DNA of 64,000 nucleotides, taken from the NCBI GenBank assembly GCA_016220005.1, contig JACRIV010000027.1, positions 11,151 through 75,150 of the forward strand. Direction: 5' to 3'. The DNA comes from Deltaproteobacteria bacterium. GTDB taxonomy: Bacteria; Desulfobacterota; Deferrimicrobia; Deferrimicrobiales; Deferrimicrobiaceae. Numbering within the stretch: the stretch's first letter is position 1; each line of letters opens with the position of its first letter. This document shows, one piece after another, positions 9,286 through 18,789 of this stretch. The translations under genes and the position numbers were made by a program. Below the pieces are notes generated by a model. It had not been told where the DNA came from. It saw only the letters and a program-made list of their open reading frames with translations, and searched no databases.

Positions 9286-9575
9286 TCCCGCAATGGACGC
9301 CGAAGCCGTGAGACGGCTTCGCCTCAGGGGGCTCCGTGCTCGCGTCGTCGCCTGCGGCTCCCCGGCTGCGTCCAGCGAAAGTGTTTTACGGACCCGTCCC
9401 AGTCTTTCCAGATCACCATGCAGTCCGCGCACCCTTTTCTATCTCAGGACGACGGGGCCTTTCGCCGGTTCCGCCGCGGCTCCTCGCTTGCGCCGGACCC
9501 CCCTTGCGGCGTGCGCCTTCCCCAGGGTGCGGCAGCCCCACGTGTGCCCCGCGCTCTACGCGCGTTGTTGCGGGA
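9286..9575. repeat. Bipartite palindromic repeat, copy 1 (conserved arms around a unique 102-nt core)
   Basis: Arms 9327-9363 and 9466-~9518 match 30812-30848 and 30951-~31001; outer inverted repeat TCCCGCAA...TTGCGGGA; hairpin CGAAGCCG-TGAGA-CGGCTTCG. Confidence 0.85.
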
Positions 9576-9623
9576 TCGGGTTATGATGAAAGGTATTCTA
9601 TGCGGGGAGGGCGTGCGCCGCAA

Positions 9624-10040
9624 ATGAGAAAAGTCCTGCTGCTTCCTTTCTGCCTGTCGAGGGAGGCCCAGGCGGAGATCGAGCGGATCGCCGCGGAGGC
9701 CGGCTACAGGGTGGTCGTGGCGCGATCGACCGCCAAGGCCCTGGCCGAGGTGCGAGAAGCCGCCGTCCCGGGCAGCGCCGAGCCGGTGCGGATCGTCGGG
9801 GTGGTCTGCGACGGGCGGGCCAAGAAGGTTTGGGCAGGGCTCGTCCTGTTGAAGATCAGACAGTGGGGGAAGAAGGCGCTCGGCCTCAAGGCGCGCAGGA
9901 TCGAGCTGGCCCGCGTGGGGATCCTCGGAGGGACCAAGGCGCTGTTCGGCAGGAGGCGCTGCCGCGTAGGGTTCAACGTCGCCGACGGGGAAGCACTGCG
10001 GCGCGCCTTGTCCGGCGGGGACACCTATATGCGTCTCTGA
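9624..10040 (+). CDS. Hypothetical protein, DUF116-like
   Basis: LLLPFCL..VVVARST..IVGVVC..C pattern resembling the DUF116 C-terminal region. Confidence 0.55.
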   Translation: MRKVLLLPFCLSREAQAEIERIAAEAGYRVVVARSTAKALAEVREAAVPGSAEPVRIVGVVCDGRAKKVWAGLVLLKIRQWGKKALGLKARRIELARVGILGGTKALFGRRRCRVGFNVADGEALRRALSGGDTYMRL

Positions 10041-11663
10041 TCAAACGTCGCGGTCGCCCGGCGCGGGCGGCTCCGGGGGCGCCACGGCCCCGGGAACGCT
10101 CGGAGGGTGGAACACGTCCCGCCTTCTCTTTATCGCCCGGGCGGTCCTGCTGCGAAGCAGCAACGCGCAGAGGTAGTAGACGGCCGCCATGGCCGCCCCT
10201 CCCGCGGCGAAACGAATGACCGCACCCCCGAAAGTTTCCCAGGAGACCCACCTGCCGGAAACCCCCAGCCAATACCATCCCGCCATCGCCGCGACGGCGC
10301 CGGCGAAGGCCATCTTCCCGTATTCGGCGAGCTCCCGGATCCCCTTCCTTCCCACGGTCCTCCCCATGAGGATCCCGTAGAGCGCCGTGGCGTGGAGGAA
10401 GATCCCGATGCTGCTCGCCAGCGCCAGCCCGAAGACGCCCATCTTCTGGGTGAGCAGGTAGTAGGCGGGGAGGCTTGCGAGCCACGCGCCGGTCCCCACG
10501 AGCGTGGGGGTCCAGGTGTCCTTGAGGGCGAAGAAGCCTCTCGACACGATCGTCTGGGCGCACCACAACGGGATCCCGATGGAGAACGCCGAGAGGGCCG
10601 ACGCGGTCTTGAGGGTGTCGTCGATGGTGAAGGCGCCCCTCTTGAAGACGGCCAGGACGACTTCGCGGGAGAGGACGCCGACGACCGCCGCCGCCAGGCA
10701 GGAGACGAAAAAGACCCACCGCAGCGTCGCCGAAAGCGTGTCCCACATGGCGTCCTTCTCCCCGCGGGCGGCCAGCGCCGAGAGGAACGGATAGGAGGCC
10801 ACCCCCGACGCCTGCCCGAAGACGCCGATGGGCACCTGCATCAGACGGCGCGCGTTGTTGAGCCAGGTGATCGCCCCCGCCAGGAGGAACGACCCGAAGA
10901 TCCGGGTCATCCACTCGTCGACGACCACGAGGGAGAAGCCGAGCATGATCGGGATCGACAGCCGGACGAACTCCCGGAGGCCGGGATCGGCAAGGTCGAT
11001 CCGGGGGAAGAACTTCAGGCCCGCACGGTGCGCCCCATACGCCTGGACGGCGAAGTTCCCGGCGAACGAGCCGAGGAGCACTCCCCAGGCGAACCCGGCC
11101 ATCCCGTGGGAGCGGCCCAGGGCAAGACCCCCCGCGATGATCCCCGCGTTGTAGATCAGCGGCGCGGTGGCCGGGAGGAAAAACCGGTTCCGGGCGTACT
11201 GCACGGCCATCAGGAGCCCCCCGAGGTAGAAGAAGAGCTGCGCGGGGAGGACGATCCGCGTGAGCTTGGCGGCGATGGCGATCTGGTCCGGAGGGAACCC
11301 GGGGGCGATGACGGGAATCAGACGCTCGGCGAGGAACTCCCCGAGGATGACGAAGAACAGCATCGCTATTCCCATGATGGTTGCGATCGCGGAAAACGAG
11401 CGGCAGCCTTCCTCCTCCTTCCCTTCCGCGATATAACGGAAAAAGATGGGAATGAACGTGATCGAGAGGGCCCCCCCGGCCAGGAGGTAGTTGAGGAAAT
11501 CGGGGATCGTGAAGGCGGCGAAATAGGCGTCGGTTTCGGGGGTTGCGCCGTGCTGGTAGGCGATGACCGCGTCCCGCGCGTATCCGAGAATCCGGCTTAG
11601 GAATACCGACGCCATCATGAGGGCCGCCGCGCGGCCCATCTGTCTCGCGGGAGAATGGGGCAT
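10041..11663 (-). CDS. murJ: Lipid II flippase MurJ
   Basis: SRILGYARD, DAYFAAFTIPD, RLMQVPIGVFG, RGAFT, FFALKDTWTP; many TM helices. Confidence 0.93.
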   Translation of the reverse strand: MPHSPARQMGRAAALMMASVFLSRILGYARDAVIAYQHGATPETDAYFAAFTIPDFLNYLLAGGALSITFIPIFFRYIAEGKEEEGCRSFSAIATIMGIAMLFFVILGEFLAERLIPVIAPGFPPDQIAIAAKLTRIVLPAQLFFYLGGLLMAVQYARNRFFLPATAPLIYNAGIIAGGLALGRSHGMAGFAWGVLLGSFAGNFAVQAYGAHRAGLKFFPRIDLADPGLREFVRLSIPIMLGFSLVVVDEWMTRIFGSFLLAGAITWLNNARRLMQVPIGVFGQASGVASYPFLSALAARGEKDAMWDTLSATLRWVFFVSCLAAAVVGVLSREVVLAVFKRGAFTIDDTLKTASALSAFSIGIPLWCAQTIVSRGFFALKDTWTPTLVGTGAWLASLPAYYLLTQKMGVFGLALASSIGIFLHATALYGILMGRTVGRKGIRELAEYGKMAFAGAVAAMAGWYWLGVSGRWVSWETFGGAVIRFAAGGAAMAAVYYLCALLLRSRTARAIKRRRDVFHPPSVPGAVAPPEPPAPGDRDV

Positions 11664-11715
11664 CTAACCGACTATAATCGAACGGATGGGGGGTGCTCCA
11701 CTGGAAAAATCGCCC

Positions 11716-11733
11716 CCTTGATGCGGGTCAAGG
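11716..11733. promoter_or_regulatory. Crp/Fnr-family-like palindromic site
   Basis: CCTTGATGCGGGTCAAGG (TTGAT-N4-GTCAA) between the divergent murJ and mrp genes. Confidence 0.5.
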
Positions 11734-11789
11734 AGCTTCAGCCCGCAACGAAGGTAGGGTGACGACAATATGGCGATAAGGAGAATTCC

Positions 11790-12872
11790 ATGAGTTTTTT
11801 CGGAAGGAAGTCGGCGGCAGGAAAGGTTACGGCGGAAGACGTCCTCTCCGCCCTCGGGAAGGTGATGGACCCCGAGTTGGGGAAGGACCTCGTGAGCCTG
11901 AACATGATCCGCAACGTCGAAGTTTCGGGGGGGTCGGTCTCCCTCGACCTGGTATTGACGACGCCCGCCTGTCCCAAGAAATCGGAGATCGCGGCGGCGG
12001 TGGAAGGCGCTGTGAGGGCGATTCCCGGGGTCTCTGCGGTGGACGTCCGGGTCTCCGCGGACGTCCATGCCGCGAAGGACCCGATGGAGGGGAGGCGTCC
12101 GGTCCCGGGAGTGCGGAACATCCTTGCGGTCGCCTCGGGCAAGGGTGGGGTCGGCAAGTCCACCATGAGCGTGAACATCGCGGTGGCGCTGCAGCGGGCG
12201 GGGGCGCGTGTGGGGCTGCTGGACGCCGACATCTACGGCCCTTCGATCCCGACGCTCCTGTCGCTCAAGGGCTACCAACTCACGGGCGAGGACGGGAGGA
12301 TCCTTCCCGCCGAAAGCGAAGGGATGAAGGTGCTGTCCATCGGGTTCATGCTCGAGGACGACACCCCGGTCATCTGGCGCGGCCCGATGCTGATGAAGGC
12401 TCTGGAGCAGTTCCTCCACGGCACGAAGTGGGGAGAGCTGGACTATCTCGTCATCGACCTTCCCCCGGGGACGGGGGACGTGCAGCTTTCCCTCGTCCAG
12501 ATGACCCCGGTGGCGGGCGCGATCGTGATCACGACACCCCAAGACCTGGCGCTGATCGACGTCAAGAAGGCGGTGCGGATGTTCGAGAAGGTCGGCGTGC
12601 CCATCCTGGGGGTGATCGAGAACATGAGCTACTTCCTGTGCCCCCACTGCACGGGCAGGAGCGAGATCTTCGGCCACGGTGGGGCGGAGGACACGTGCCG
12701 GCGGATGGGGCTGCGGTTCCTGGGGGAGGTCCCCCTGCAGGTGGAGCTGCGGGAGGCCTCGGACGCAGGACATCCCCTCGTTTCCCGGAACCCGGACGCG
12801 CCCGCGGCCCAGGCCATCGTGAAGGCGGCCTCCGAGGCCGCTGCCGCTCTCGCGGTCCTCGAAGCGCTCTAG
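11790..12872 (+). CDS. mrp: Mrp/NBP35 (ApbC) Fe-S cluster carrier ATPase
   Basis: N-terminal DPEL..TTPACP domain, SGKGGVGKST, IWRGPM, DLPPGTGD, ENMSYFLCPHC. Confidence 0.95.
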   Translation: MSFFGRKSAAGKVTAEDVLSALGKVMDPELGKDLVSLNMIRNVEVSGGSVSLDLVLTTPACPKKSEIAAAVEGAVRAIPGVSAVDVRVSADVHAAKDPMEGRRPVPGVRNILAVASGKGGVGKSTMSVNIAVALQRAGARVGLLDADIYGPSIPTLLSLKGYQLTGEDGRILPAESEGMKVLSIGFMLEDDTPVIWRGPMLMKALEQFLHGTKWGELDYLVIDLPPGTGDVQLSLVQMTPVAGAIVITTPQDLALIDVKKAVRMFEKVGVPILGVIENMSYFLCPHCTGRSEIFGHGGAEDTCRRMGLRFLGEVPLQVELREASDAGHPLVSRNPDAPAAQAIVKAASEAAAALAVLEAL

Positions 12873-13471
12873 CCCTCCATTTCGCGGGAGGGGTAGGAGA
12901 AGTATTCGTGGGTCTGGATGTTGGCCCAGAACTCCTCGAGGTCCTTCGTGAGGACGAGGAGGTCGTGCCGGACCCCGATCTGGTCGCGCACGTGCCCGCG
13001 GAAGGTGGCCTCCTGCTTGAACCCCAGCTTCTCGAAGACCTTCTTTGCCCCCTGCTGGGTCTCCATCATCTCCGCCACGATCTTTTCCAGGCCGGACTTG
13101 AGGGCGTGAAGGAACAGCTCGTTGGCCAGGATGCTACCCAGCCCCTTCCGCTGGTAATCCGGAGCGATCACGATCCGGATGGTGCCGACGTGCTTCATCC
13201 ATCCGCCGAGGTTCTTGTGCAGCGTGGCGTCGGCCACCACCTCCTGCCCCTTCCATGCCAGCAGGGGGTAAACCCGCTCGTAATTCAGCTCGGTTGCCCA
13301 GCGCTCCACGATCGCGGGGTCGGTGACGTTGTCCTTGAGGAACAACCGGTCGGACTCGGGGAGCCGGGCGAAAAACGCGAAGAGGGCGTCCTTGTCCTTC
13401 TTCTCGAAGGGGCGCAGGACCACCGTGCTCCCGTCCTTGACCTTGACCTCTTTCGGGTATTCCTGAGCCAT
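12869..13471 (-). CDS. GNAT family N-acetyltransferase
   Basis: IVIAPDYQRKGLGS motif A, FEKLGFKQE. Confidence 0.85.
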   Translation of the reverse strand: MAQEYPKEVKVKDGSTVVLRPFEKKDKDALFAFFARLPESDRLFLKDNVTDPAIVERWATELNYERVYPLLAWKGQEVVADATLHKNLGGWMKHVGTIRIVIAPDYQRKGLGSILANELFLHALKSGLEKIVAEMMETQQGAKKVFEKLGFKQEATFRGHVRDQIGVRHDLLVLTKDLEEFWANIQTHEYFSYPSREMEG

Positions 13472-13602
13472 CTCGCGGGCCCTCCTTTCGTGCTGTCGCC
13501 ACGGGCACCGATAAATTGGCGGCCTGCCACTATCATATTGCGAATCCCCCCGCTTTTCCTTATAAAAAGACGAATGCTTCAATACGAGGGGCGGGAGGAT
13601 CC

Positions 13603-14391
13603 ATGGGAGGGAGGGTCATCGTCACAAGGGAAGGGAAGGTGGCGACCGTCACCATCTCGAACCCCGCGAAGAAAAACGCGCTCAACCTGAAGCTCCTCGG
13701 CGAGATCGGCCGGGCCTTCGGCGAGTTGGCGGGCGAGGATGTCCGTTGCGTGGTCCTGCGGGGGGAAGGCGAGGAGGCGTTCTGCGCCGGGTACGACATC
13801 ACGGCGATCCCCGCGGGAGGGTCCGGAGAGGCGCAGGTCCTCCTGTCGTCGAACCCCTTCGACGACATGATCCGGGCGGTGGAGTCGTTCCCCGCACCGG
13901 TGATCGGGATGCTGAACGGCTTCGCGTTCGGGGGCGGGCTCGAGCTGGCCGTGGCCTGCGACATCCGGATCGCCTCCGACCAGGCGGTCTTCGGGATGAC
14001 CCCGGCGCGCCTGGGGATCATCTACCGGCCCGCGGGGCTCATGCGGTTCGTCAACGTGATCGGGCTTCCCGCCACGAAGGAGCTCTTCTACACGGCCCGG
14101 AAGGTCAGCGCCCGCCGGGCCGAAGGCCTCAAGCTGGTAAACCGGGTGTGCCCGCCCGAGGAGCTCGAGCAGGTGACCCGTGAAATGGCCCGGGAGATCG
14201 TGGACAACGCGCCGCTCTCCATCCGCGGCACCAAGCGGATTCTTTCCCTGAGCATGGAGTTCCGCGGCCTGCCGCCCGGGGAGGCGAAGGAGGCGGAAGA
14301 TCTCATCCGCCAGTGCATGGAGAGCAAAGACCTGATCGAGGGAAAAAAAGCGTTCCTGGAAAAACGGAGGCCCAAATTCCAGGGGAAGTAG
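13603..14391 (+). CDS. Enoyl-CoA hydratase/isomerase family protein
   Basis: NPAKKNAL, FCAGYD, GGGLELAVACDIR, AFLEKRRPKFQG. Confidence 0.92.
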   Translation: MGGRVIVTREGKVATVTISNPAKKNALNLKLLGEIGRAFGELAGEDVRCVVLRGEGEEAFCAGYDITAIPAGGSGEAQVLLSSNPFDDMIRAVESFPAPVIGMLNGFAFGGGLELAVACDIRIASDQAVFGMTPARLGIIYRPAGLMRFVNVIGLPATKELFYTARKVSARRAEGLKLVNRVCPPEELEQVTREMAREIVDNAPLSIRGTKRILSLSMEFRGLPPGEAKEAEDLIRQCMESKDLIEGKKAFLEKRRPKFQGK

Positions 14392-14410
14392 GGGAAAACG
14401 GGCAGTAGAA

Positions 14411-14441
14411 GAAAAGCCCCGCCTCGATCCGAGGCGGGGCT
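14411..14441 (-). terminator. Rho-independent terminator (possibly bidirectional)
   Basis: AGCCCCGCCTCG-ATC-CGAGGCGGGGCT hairpin with A-tract on + strand, between convergent genes. Confidence 0.8.
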
Positions 14442-14476
14442 CTCGTGTCCGGTTTCCTCAGGACTGAGCCGAGGGG

Positions 14477-16420
14477 TCAGTATCGATCGCCTGCGTCCCC
14501 GTTTTGCGCTTGGAGAAGGTAGCTGATCGCGCTGGCTTTGTAAGTCGTTGCACCGTCGAGAGCGTTCAACGTCGCCGAGACGGAGTAGTTCAGCACGCCG
14601 TCGTCGAGCCAGTCGATGGAGTCGTAGATCAATCGCCGGGTGTAGCGACGGTTGTGGGCGACCCCGCCGGGATCGTGGAGGAGGAGGTTGTAATTGAAGG
14701 CGGCGCCCATGTTGGTTTTCCCGGTATTATCGCCAGCCGTGTCGGTATCCCCAGGAGAGAGCCAGTTCTTGACGGCGTTCGCGGAGGCATTGTTATCCGC
14801 GCTCTTGAAGAAGTACGGATAGGAGTTGATGAAGTAGAACCCCTTGCCGGCCAACTGGACCTTCAGCGCCTCCAGGGCCGCCTGGTAGCGGGCCTTGTGC
14901 GTCGTTCCCTGCAAGGTGGCCGCCGTGGCATCGTCCCCCAGCCAGAGGATCCCGGCGTTGGACCCTTGCCCGCGCGTCGGGTGACAGTTGATGCACACCG
15001 GGTTCAGGACCAGGTCGTTGTCCGCGTACCGTGTGAGCGGACTCAGGGTGTGGGACAGCGTGTTGTCCGAGTAACGCGTCAGGGGGCTCAAACGGTTCGG
15101 ATCCCTGCTGTCGAAGTGGCAACTGACGCACGGGCCGTTTTTGTAATTGGTGTCGACGACCGCATTCCCCGTCGTCCCCAGGCCGATCTTGTCGTGCAGG
15201 TCGGCGGAGGGGATCGAGTAGTCGCGCGATGCGTACTCATATCCGGTGACCGCGAAGACCGTACCCCCGGCCGTCAGGTAGTGGGAGTTGATGAACGAAA
15301 GGTTGTTGAAGGGCCCCGCGGAAGCCTTGACGCTGTCGCCGCTCTCCCGGCCTGTATGACAGGAGAGACAGATGTTGGATGCTTTCGAATCCGGGAATGT
15401 CGGCTCCGGCGAAACCCCGGTATAGGAGGCGGTGATCGCCCCCGGGTTCCGCAGCCCCCCGTAGTAGTTCGTGTGGCACCCGTAGCAGTAGAGCATTTCG
15501 GAGGAGTTGTCGGTCGTCACGTCCGACGTCCACGAAAAGACGTTGTTCGCGGAGTTGTATGTCGAAGGGCTGGTCAGATAGTTGATAACCCCCGTCGTTG
15601 TGTGGCACCGCTGGCAGCTTGCCCGGTTCGATTGCTTCCAGTCGTAATGCTTCCACCCCTCGCCGGCGAAGTCGCCGTGAGCGGAGGAGGCCCACTGGCG
15701 GTTGAGTGCGAGGCTCAACGTGTGGGGATTGTGGCAGTCGACGCAAGCGGTGACCGCCGCCTTCCGGATCACGTACCCCTGGATGTCGCTTCCCACGGCG
15801 CGGCTCGCGTTGTCGGAGTGGGTATCGACGATCCTTCGATAATCCTCCGAGTGGTTCGGGCTGCTCACCTCGTGGCACCCCGTGCAGGTGTTGTACTGCG
15901 AGGACTGGCCGGTCGTCGCAGCCACCGCGAAGATGCCGAGGGTCGGCCCTCCGATCGGCCCGACGCCGAAGTGGAGGCTCCCGCCGCCGTGGCACGCCTC
16001 GCACCCGACGACGTTCCGCTCGGTGTTGGCGAGCGGATCCGTGCTCGTGCTCAAGTAAAACGGCAGGTTTACGTTGTCGCCGTTCGGGTTGTGGCAGGGG
16101 ATGCAGCTTGCGGATGTGCTGGTCGTCCGGAATCCGTGGTAATTCGTCGTCCCTAAAGCGTTGTCCCAGGCATCGAACGAGTTGTCCAGGTTCGCGTGGC
16201 GGCTCGCCTCCCACGCGGCGAAGATCCCCACGCCCCCGACCGCCGTGGCGGCATGGCAGTTGTGGCACTTGTCGATGCCTACCGCGGTGGCGCCCGCCAG
16301 CACGGTACCGCCGCCGCTCACCTCCAGGGAGGTGCTCTTTTCGGACCCCCAGCACCCGGCCAGCAGCGCCGCCAGCGCGAGGGCGATCAGCAGGAACGTT
16401 CCCCTATGATGCCTTTTCAT
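14477..16420 (-). CDS. Outer-surface multiheme cytochrome c lipoprotein (10 CxxCH), OmcB/OmcC-like
   Basis: Lipobox LLAGC; 10 CxxCH counted; C-terminal HDPGGVAHNRRYTRRLIYDSIDWLDDG resembling Geobacter OmcB-type proteins. Confidence 0.85.
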   Translation of the reverse strand: MKRHHRGTFLLIALALAALLAGCWGSEKSTSLEVSGGGTVLAGATAVGIDKCHNCHAATAVGGVGIFAAWEASRHANLDNSFDAWDNALGTTNYHGFRTTSTSASCIPCHNPNGDNVNLPFYLSTSTDPLANTERNVVGCEACHGGGSLHFGVGPIGGPTLGIFAVAATTGQSSQYNTCTGCHEVSSPNHSEDYRRIVDTHSDNASRAVGSDIQGYVIRKAAVTACVDCHNPHTLSLALNRQWASSAHGDFAGEGWKHYDWKQSNRASCQRCHTTTGVINYLTSPSTYNSANNVFSWTSDVTTDNSSEMLYCYGCHTNYYGGLRNPGAITASYTGVSPEPTFPDSKASNICLSCHTGRESGDSVKASAGPFNNLSFINSHYLTAGGTVFAVTGYEYASRDYSIPSADLHDKIGLGTTGNAVVDTNYKNGPCVSCHFDSRDPNRLSPLTRYSDNTLSHTLSPLTRYADNDLVLNPVCINCHPTRGQGSNAGILWLGDDATAATLQGTTHKARYQAALEALKVQLAGKGFYFINSYPYFFKSADNNASANAVKNWLSPGDTDTAGDNTGKTNMGAAFNYNLLLHDPGGVAHNRRYTRRLIYDSIDWLDDGVLNYSVSATLNALDGATTYKASAISYLLQAQNGDAGDRY

Positions 16421-16439
16421 ATCGTGACGCCTCCTTTCC

Positions 16440-17201
16440 TTAATGGCATTTCACGCAGGTGCGTTGACCTGCCGCCCGGTTGAGCTTGTCCTTGATCGAC
16501 CCCCAGTTGTCGGGATGGGGGTTGACGCGCAGGCCCGTCTTGGCGCTGTGGCATTTCAGGCAGATATCTCCGTCGGCGTGGCAGGCCTGGCATGTGGGGA
16601 GATTGCGCCTCGCCTCCTGGGCATGGGAGCTCGACCACTGATGTGCGGGAAGCACCGAGTTCGGGTGGCAGGTCTGGCAGGAGTCGGGGGGGAAGGTGGA
16701 GTGCTTCGGCCCCCCGGGCGTGGCCGACAGGTCCGACCATCCCTTCCGGTGCGACTGAAACTGCAGGTCCTCCGGCCGGAACCGGTTGTGGCATTCCGAG
16801 CAGAAGGAGGCCTTGTGACAGCGCGTGCAGGAATTGGGGTTGTCGAACACGAAGAGGGGGTGGACCTCCTGGAAGGACGTCCGGTGGCTCTTGGGCTTGT
16901 AGTTCGGCCCCCGGTCGGTGGAGGTGTGGAGGTCCCGGTCGATCCCCCCGCCGTAATGGCAGTCCTGGCAGAACGACTGATCGTGGCAGGTGGCGCAATT
17001 AGCGTCGGCCTTGACCGCGAGGAGCCGATGATCGGCGTTCCATCCCGCCCGGTGGGTGGGGGGGACGTTGGAGTCCCGGTGGCACTCGGTGCACTCGGGG
17101 ATCTTCATGTCCTTGTAAGGGCGATGGTCCTCGGCCGCGTAGAGCAGCGACGCTCCGGCTCCAAGGGAAGCAACGAGGATGAGCAAGAGGGCTCTTTTCA
17201 C
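16440..17201 (-). CDS. Periplasmic multiheme cytochrome c (9 CxxCH), OmaB-like
   Basis: Signal peptide; 9 CxxCH; lies between the porin and lipoprotein cytochrome genes. Confidence 0.88.
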   Translation of the reverse strand: MKRALLLILVASLGAGASLLYAAEDHRPYKDMKIPECTECHRDSNVPPTHRAGWNADHRLLAVKADANCATCHDQSFCQDCHYGGGIDRDLHTSTDRGPNYKPKSHRTSFQEVHPLFVFDNPNSCTRCHKASFCSECHNRFRPEDLQFQSHRKGWSDLSATPGGPKHSTFPPDSCQTCHPNSVLPAHQWSSSHAQEARRNLPTCQACHADGDICLKCHSAKTGLRVNPHPDNWGSIKDKLNRAAGQRTCVKCH

Positions 17202-17213
17202 GTCGTCCCCTCC

Positions 17214-18425
17214 TTAAAAGTCGACGTTCAGGGCCAGACGCGCCCTGATGTCTTTGCTGAATCGCTGGCTGACGGTGTCCTCCACCCTGGCCTGGACGGA
17301 GAGGTTCTTGCGCACCTTCGCTTCGCCGCCGATCCAGAACCTGGTGGCCGAATCGTAGCTGTTCGAAAGCTCGCGCCGGAAACTGTCGTGCTGCACCCCG
17401 GCCGCGAGGATGTACTTCTGCAGGACCACCTTGTCCCCGGAGAGCTCGAACCCGGCGAGGTTGCCCCCCGTGCCGACCCGCCAGATGCCCGCGCCGTAGA
17501 GGGACATGCCGTCCGCGGGGCGGTACCGCACGCCGAGCTCCCCGACGTTGGCGGTGTCCCCCCCGCCGAAGCTCTCGTTCCGGTATTCCCCGTTCAGGCT
17601 TATCCGCTTGCCGAGATCGTACTGCGCCCGGAGCAGGATCTCCTGGAACCTTTCCACGGCGAACACCGCGAAGATGGAGGAGGCGTCGAAGACCGGGACG
17701 GTCCGGAAGAACTCCGCGTTGAACGTCCATTTGGGGAGGATGGCGGTCCGGGCGCCGAACTGGATCTCGCTCCAGACCTCGGAGAGGAGGTCGAACCGGA
17801 GCTGGGTGTACAGCTCGCCGTACTTGTCGAACCGCTTGCTGGCGGCGAGTCCCAGCCCCTCCCGCGCGAGGTCGTTCTCGTCGTACGAGACGAAGTACGA
17901 CAGGTCCAGAGAGCCCTGGGGGATATTGGTCAGGCTCGCCTGAACCGCCGCGGCGATGTCCCCGCTCCTTGTCTCCTCTCCCGTGACGTCGAACTTCACG
18001 TGGCGGCCGCCCACCGCCGTGATGGCGAGAGGGCCGAACGGCCGTGAATCGACGCGGGCGCCGTCGACGATCGCCGACCCGGCGCTGACGAAGAAGAACT
18101 GCCGCCCCACCCGGACGTCGGTCTGCCCCGGCAATCCCTTCTTGTCCAGGTAGAGGTAGTACAGTCTCCCTTCCACCCCGCCCCCCTGCTGCACGTCCCC
18201 CCAGGCGCGGCCGTATCCGCTGACCTGGACGGTGTTCGCCGCGTCGAAGTTCCGGGCGTGGAACCGGGCGTACTGGGCGAGGTCGAAGTGGTCGGCCCCG
18301 AACTCATCCGAGAACCAGAGCGCCTGCGTGGAGGCTCTTCCGCTCAGCGCGGCCGCCCGAGCGGTGGGGACCCCGACGCCGAGGATGAGCAGTGCGACGA
18401 GCAAAAAGCGGGTGCACCTTTTCAT
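17214..18425 (-). CDS. Outer-membrane beta-barrel protein of a porin-cytochrome complex (OmbB-like)
   Basis: Signal peptide, alternating beta-strand pattern, C-terminal Phe (LALNVDF), operon context. Confidence 0.8.
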   Translation of the reverse strand: MKRCTRFLLVALLILGVGVPTARAAALSGRASTQALWFSDEFGADHFDLAQYARFHARNFDAANTVQVSGYGRAWGDVQQGGGVEGRLYYLYLDKKGLPGQTDVRVGRQFFFVSAGSAIVDGARVDSRPFGPLAITAVGGRHVKFDVTGEETRSGDIAAAVQASLTNIPQGSLDLSYFVSYDENDLAREGLGLAASKRFDKYGELYTQLRFDLLSEVWSEIQFGARTAILPKWTFNAEFFRTVPVFDASSIFAVFAVERFQEILLRAQYDLGKRISLNGEYRNESFGGGDTANVGELGVRYRPADGMSLYGAGIWRVGTGGNLAGFELSGDKVVLQKYILAAGVQHDSFRRELSNSYDSATRFWIGGEAKVRKNLSVQARVEDTVSQRFSKDIRARLALNVDF

Positions 18426-18789
18426 TGCTCGGACCCCCTGTTTTTCTTGCATGGCTCACGTCGCAAAATCCGTATGTCGGACACGTGCTGGCCGAGTCTG
18501 CGCGTGCAGTCGGTGTCATCGGAAGGAAAGTCGCCAAACTTTAACGTTAATTTTTGAAAAATTATTTTGCAGGCGGGAAGAGAAGGAAGGAGCGCACATA
18601 ACCGGCAGAAATACAACCGTCACCGAAATCCTCACCGAGGCATGGTGCAACGATTAAAGCGAGGTTTCTACGCAATTGCAATGTATACAGTATGCGGTAC
18701 GCAGTCTCCGCATTTATCGGCAGGGGTGTGGCGGAACTTTAAGCAAAAGTTTCCGCCAACGATAAGGTGGACATCTGTGCCGTTACCGA

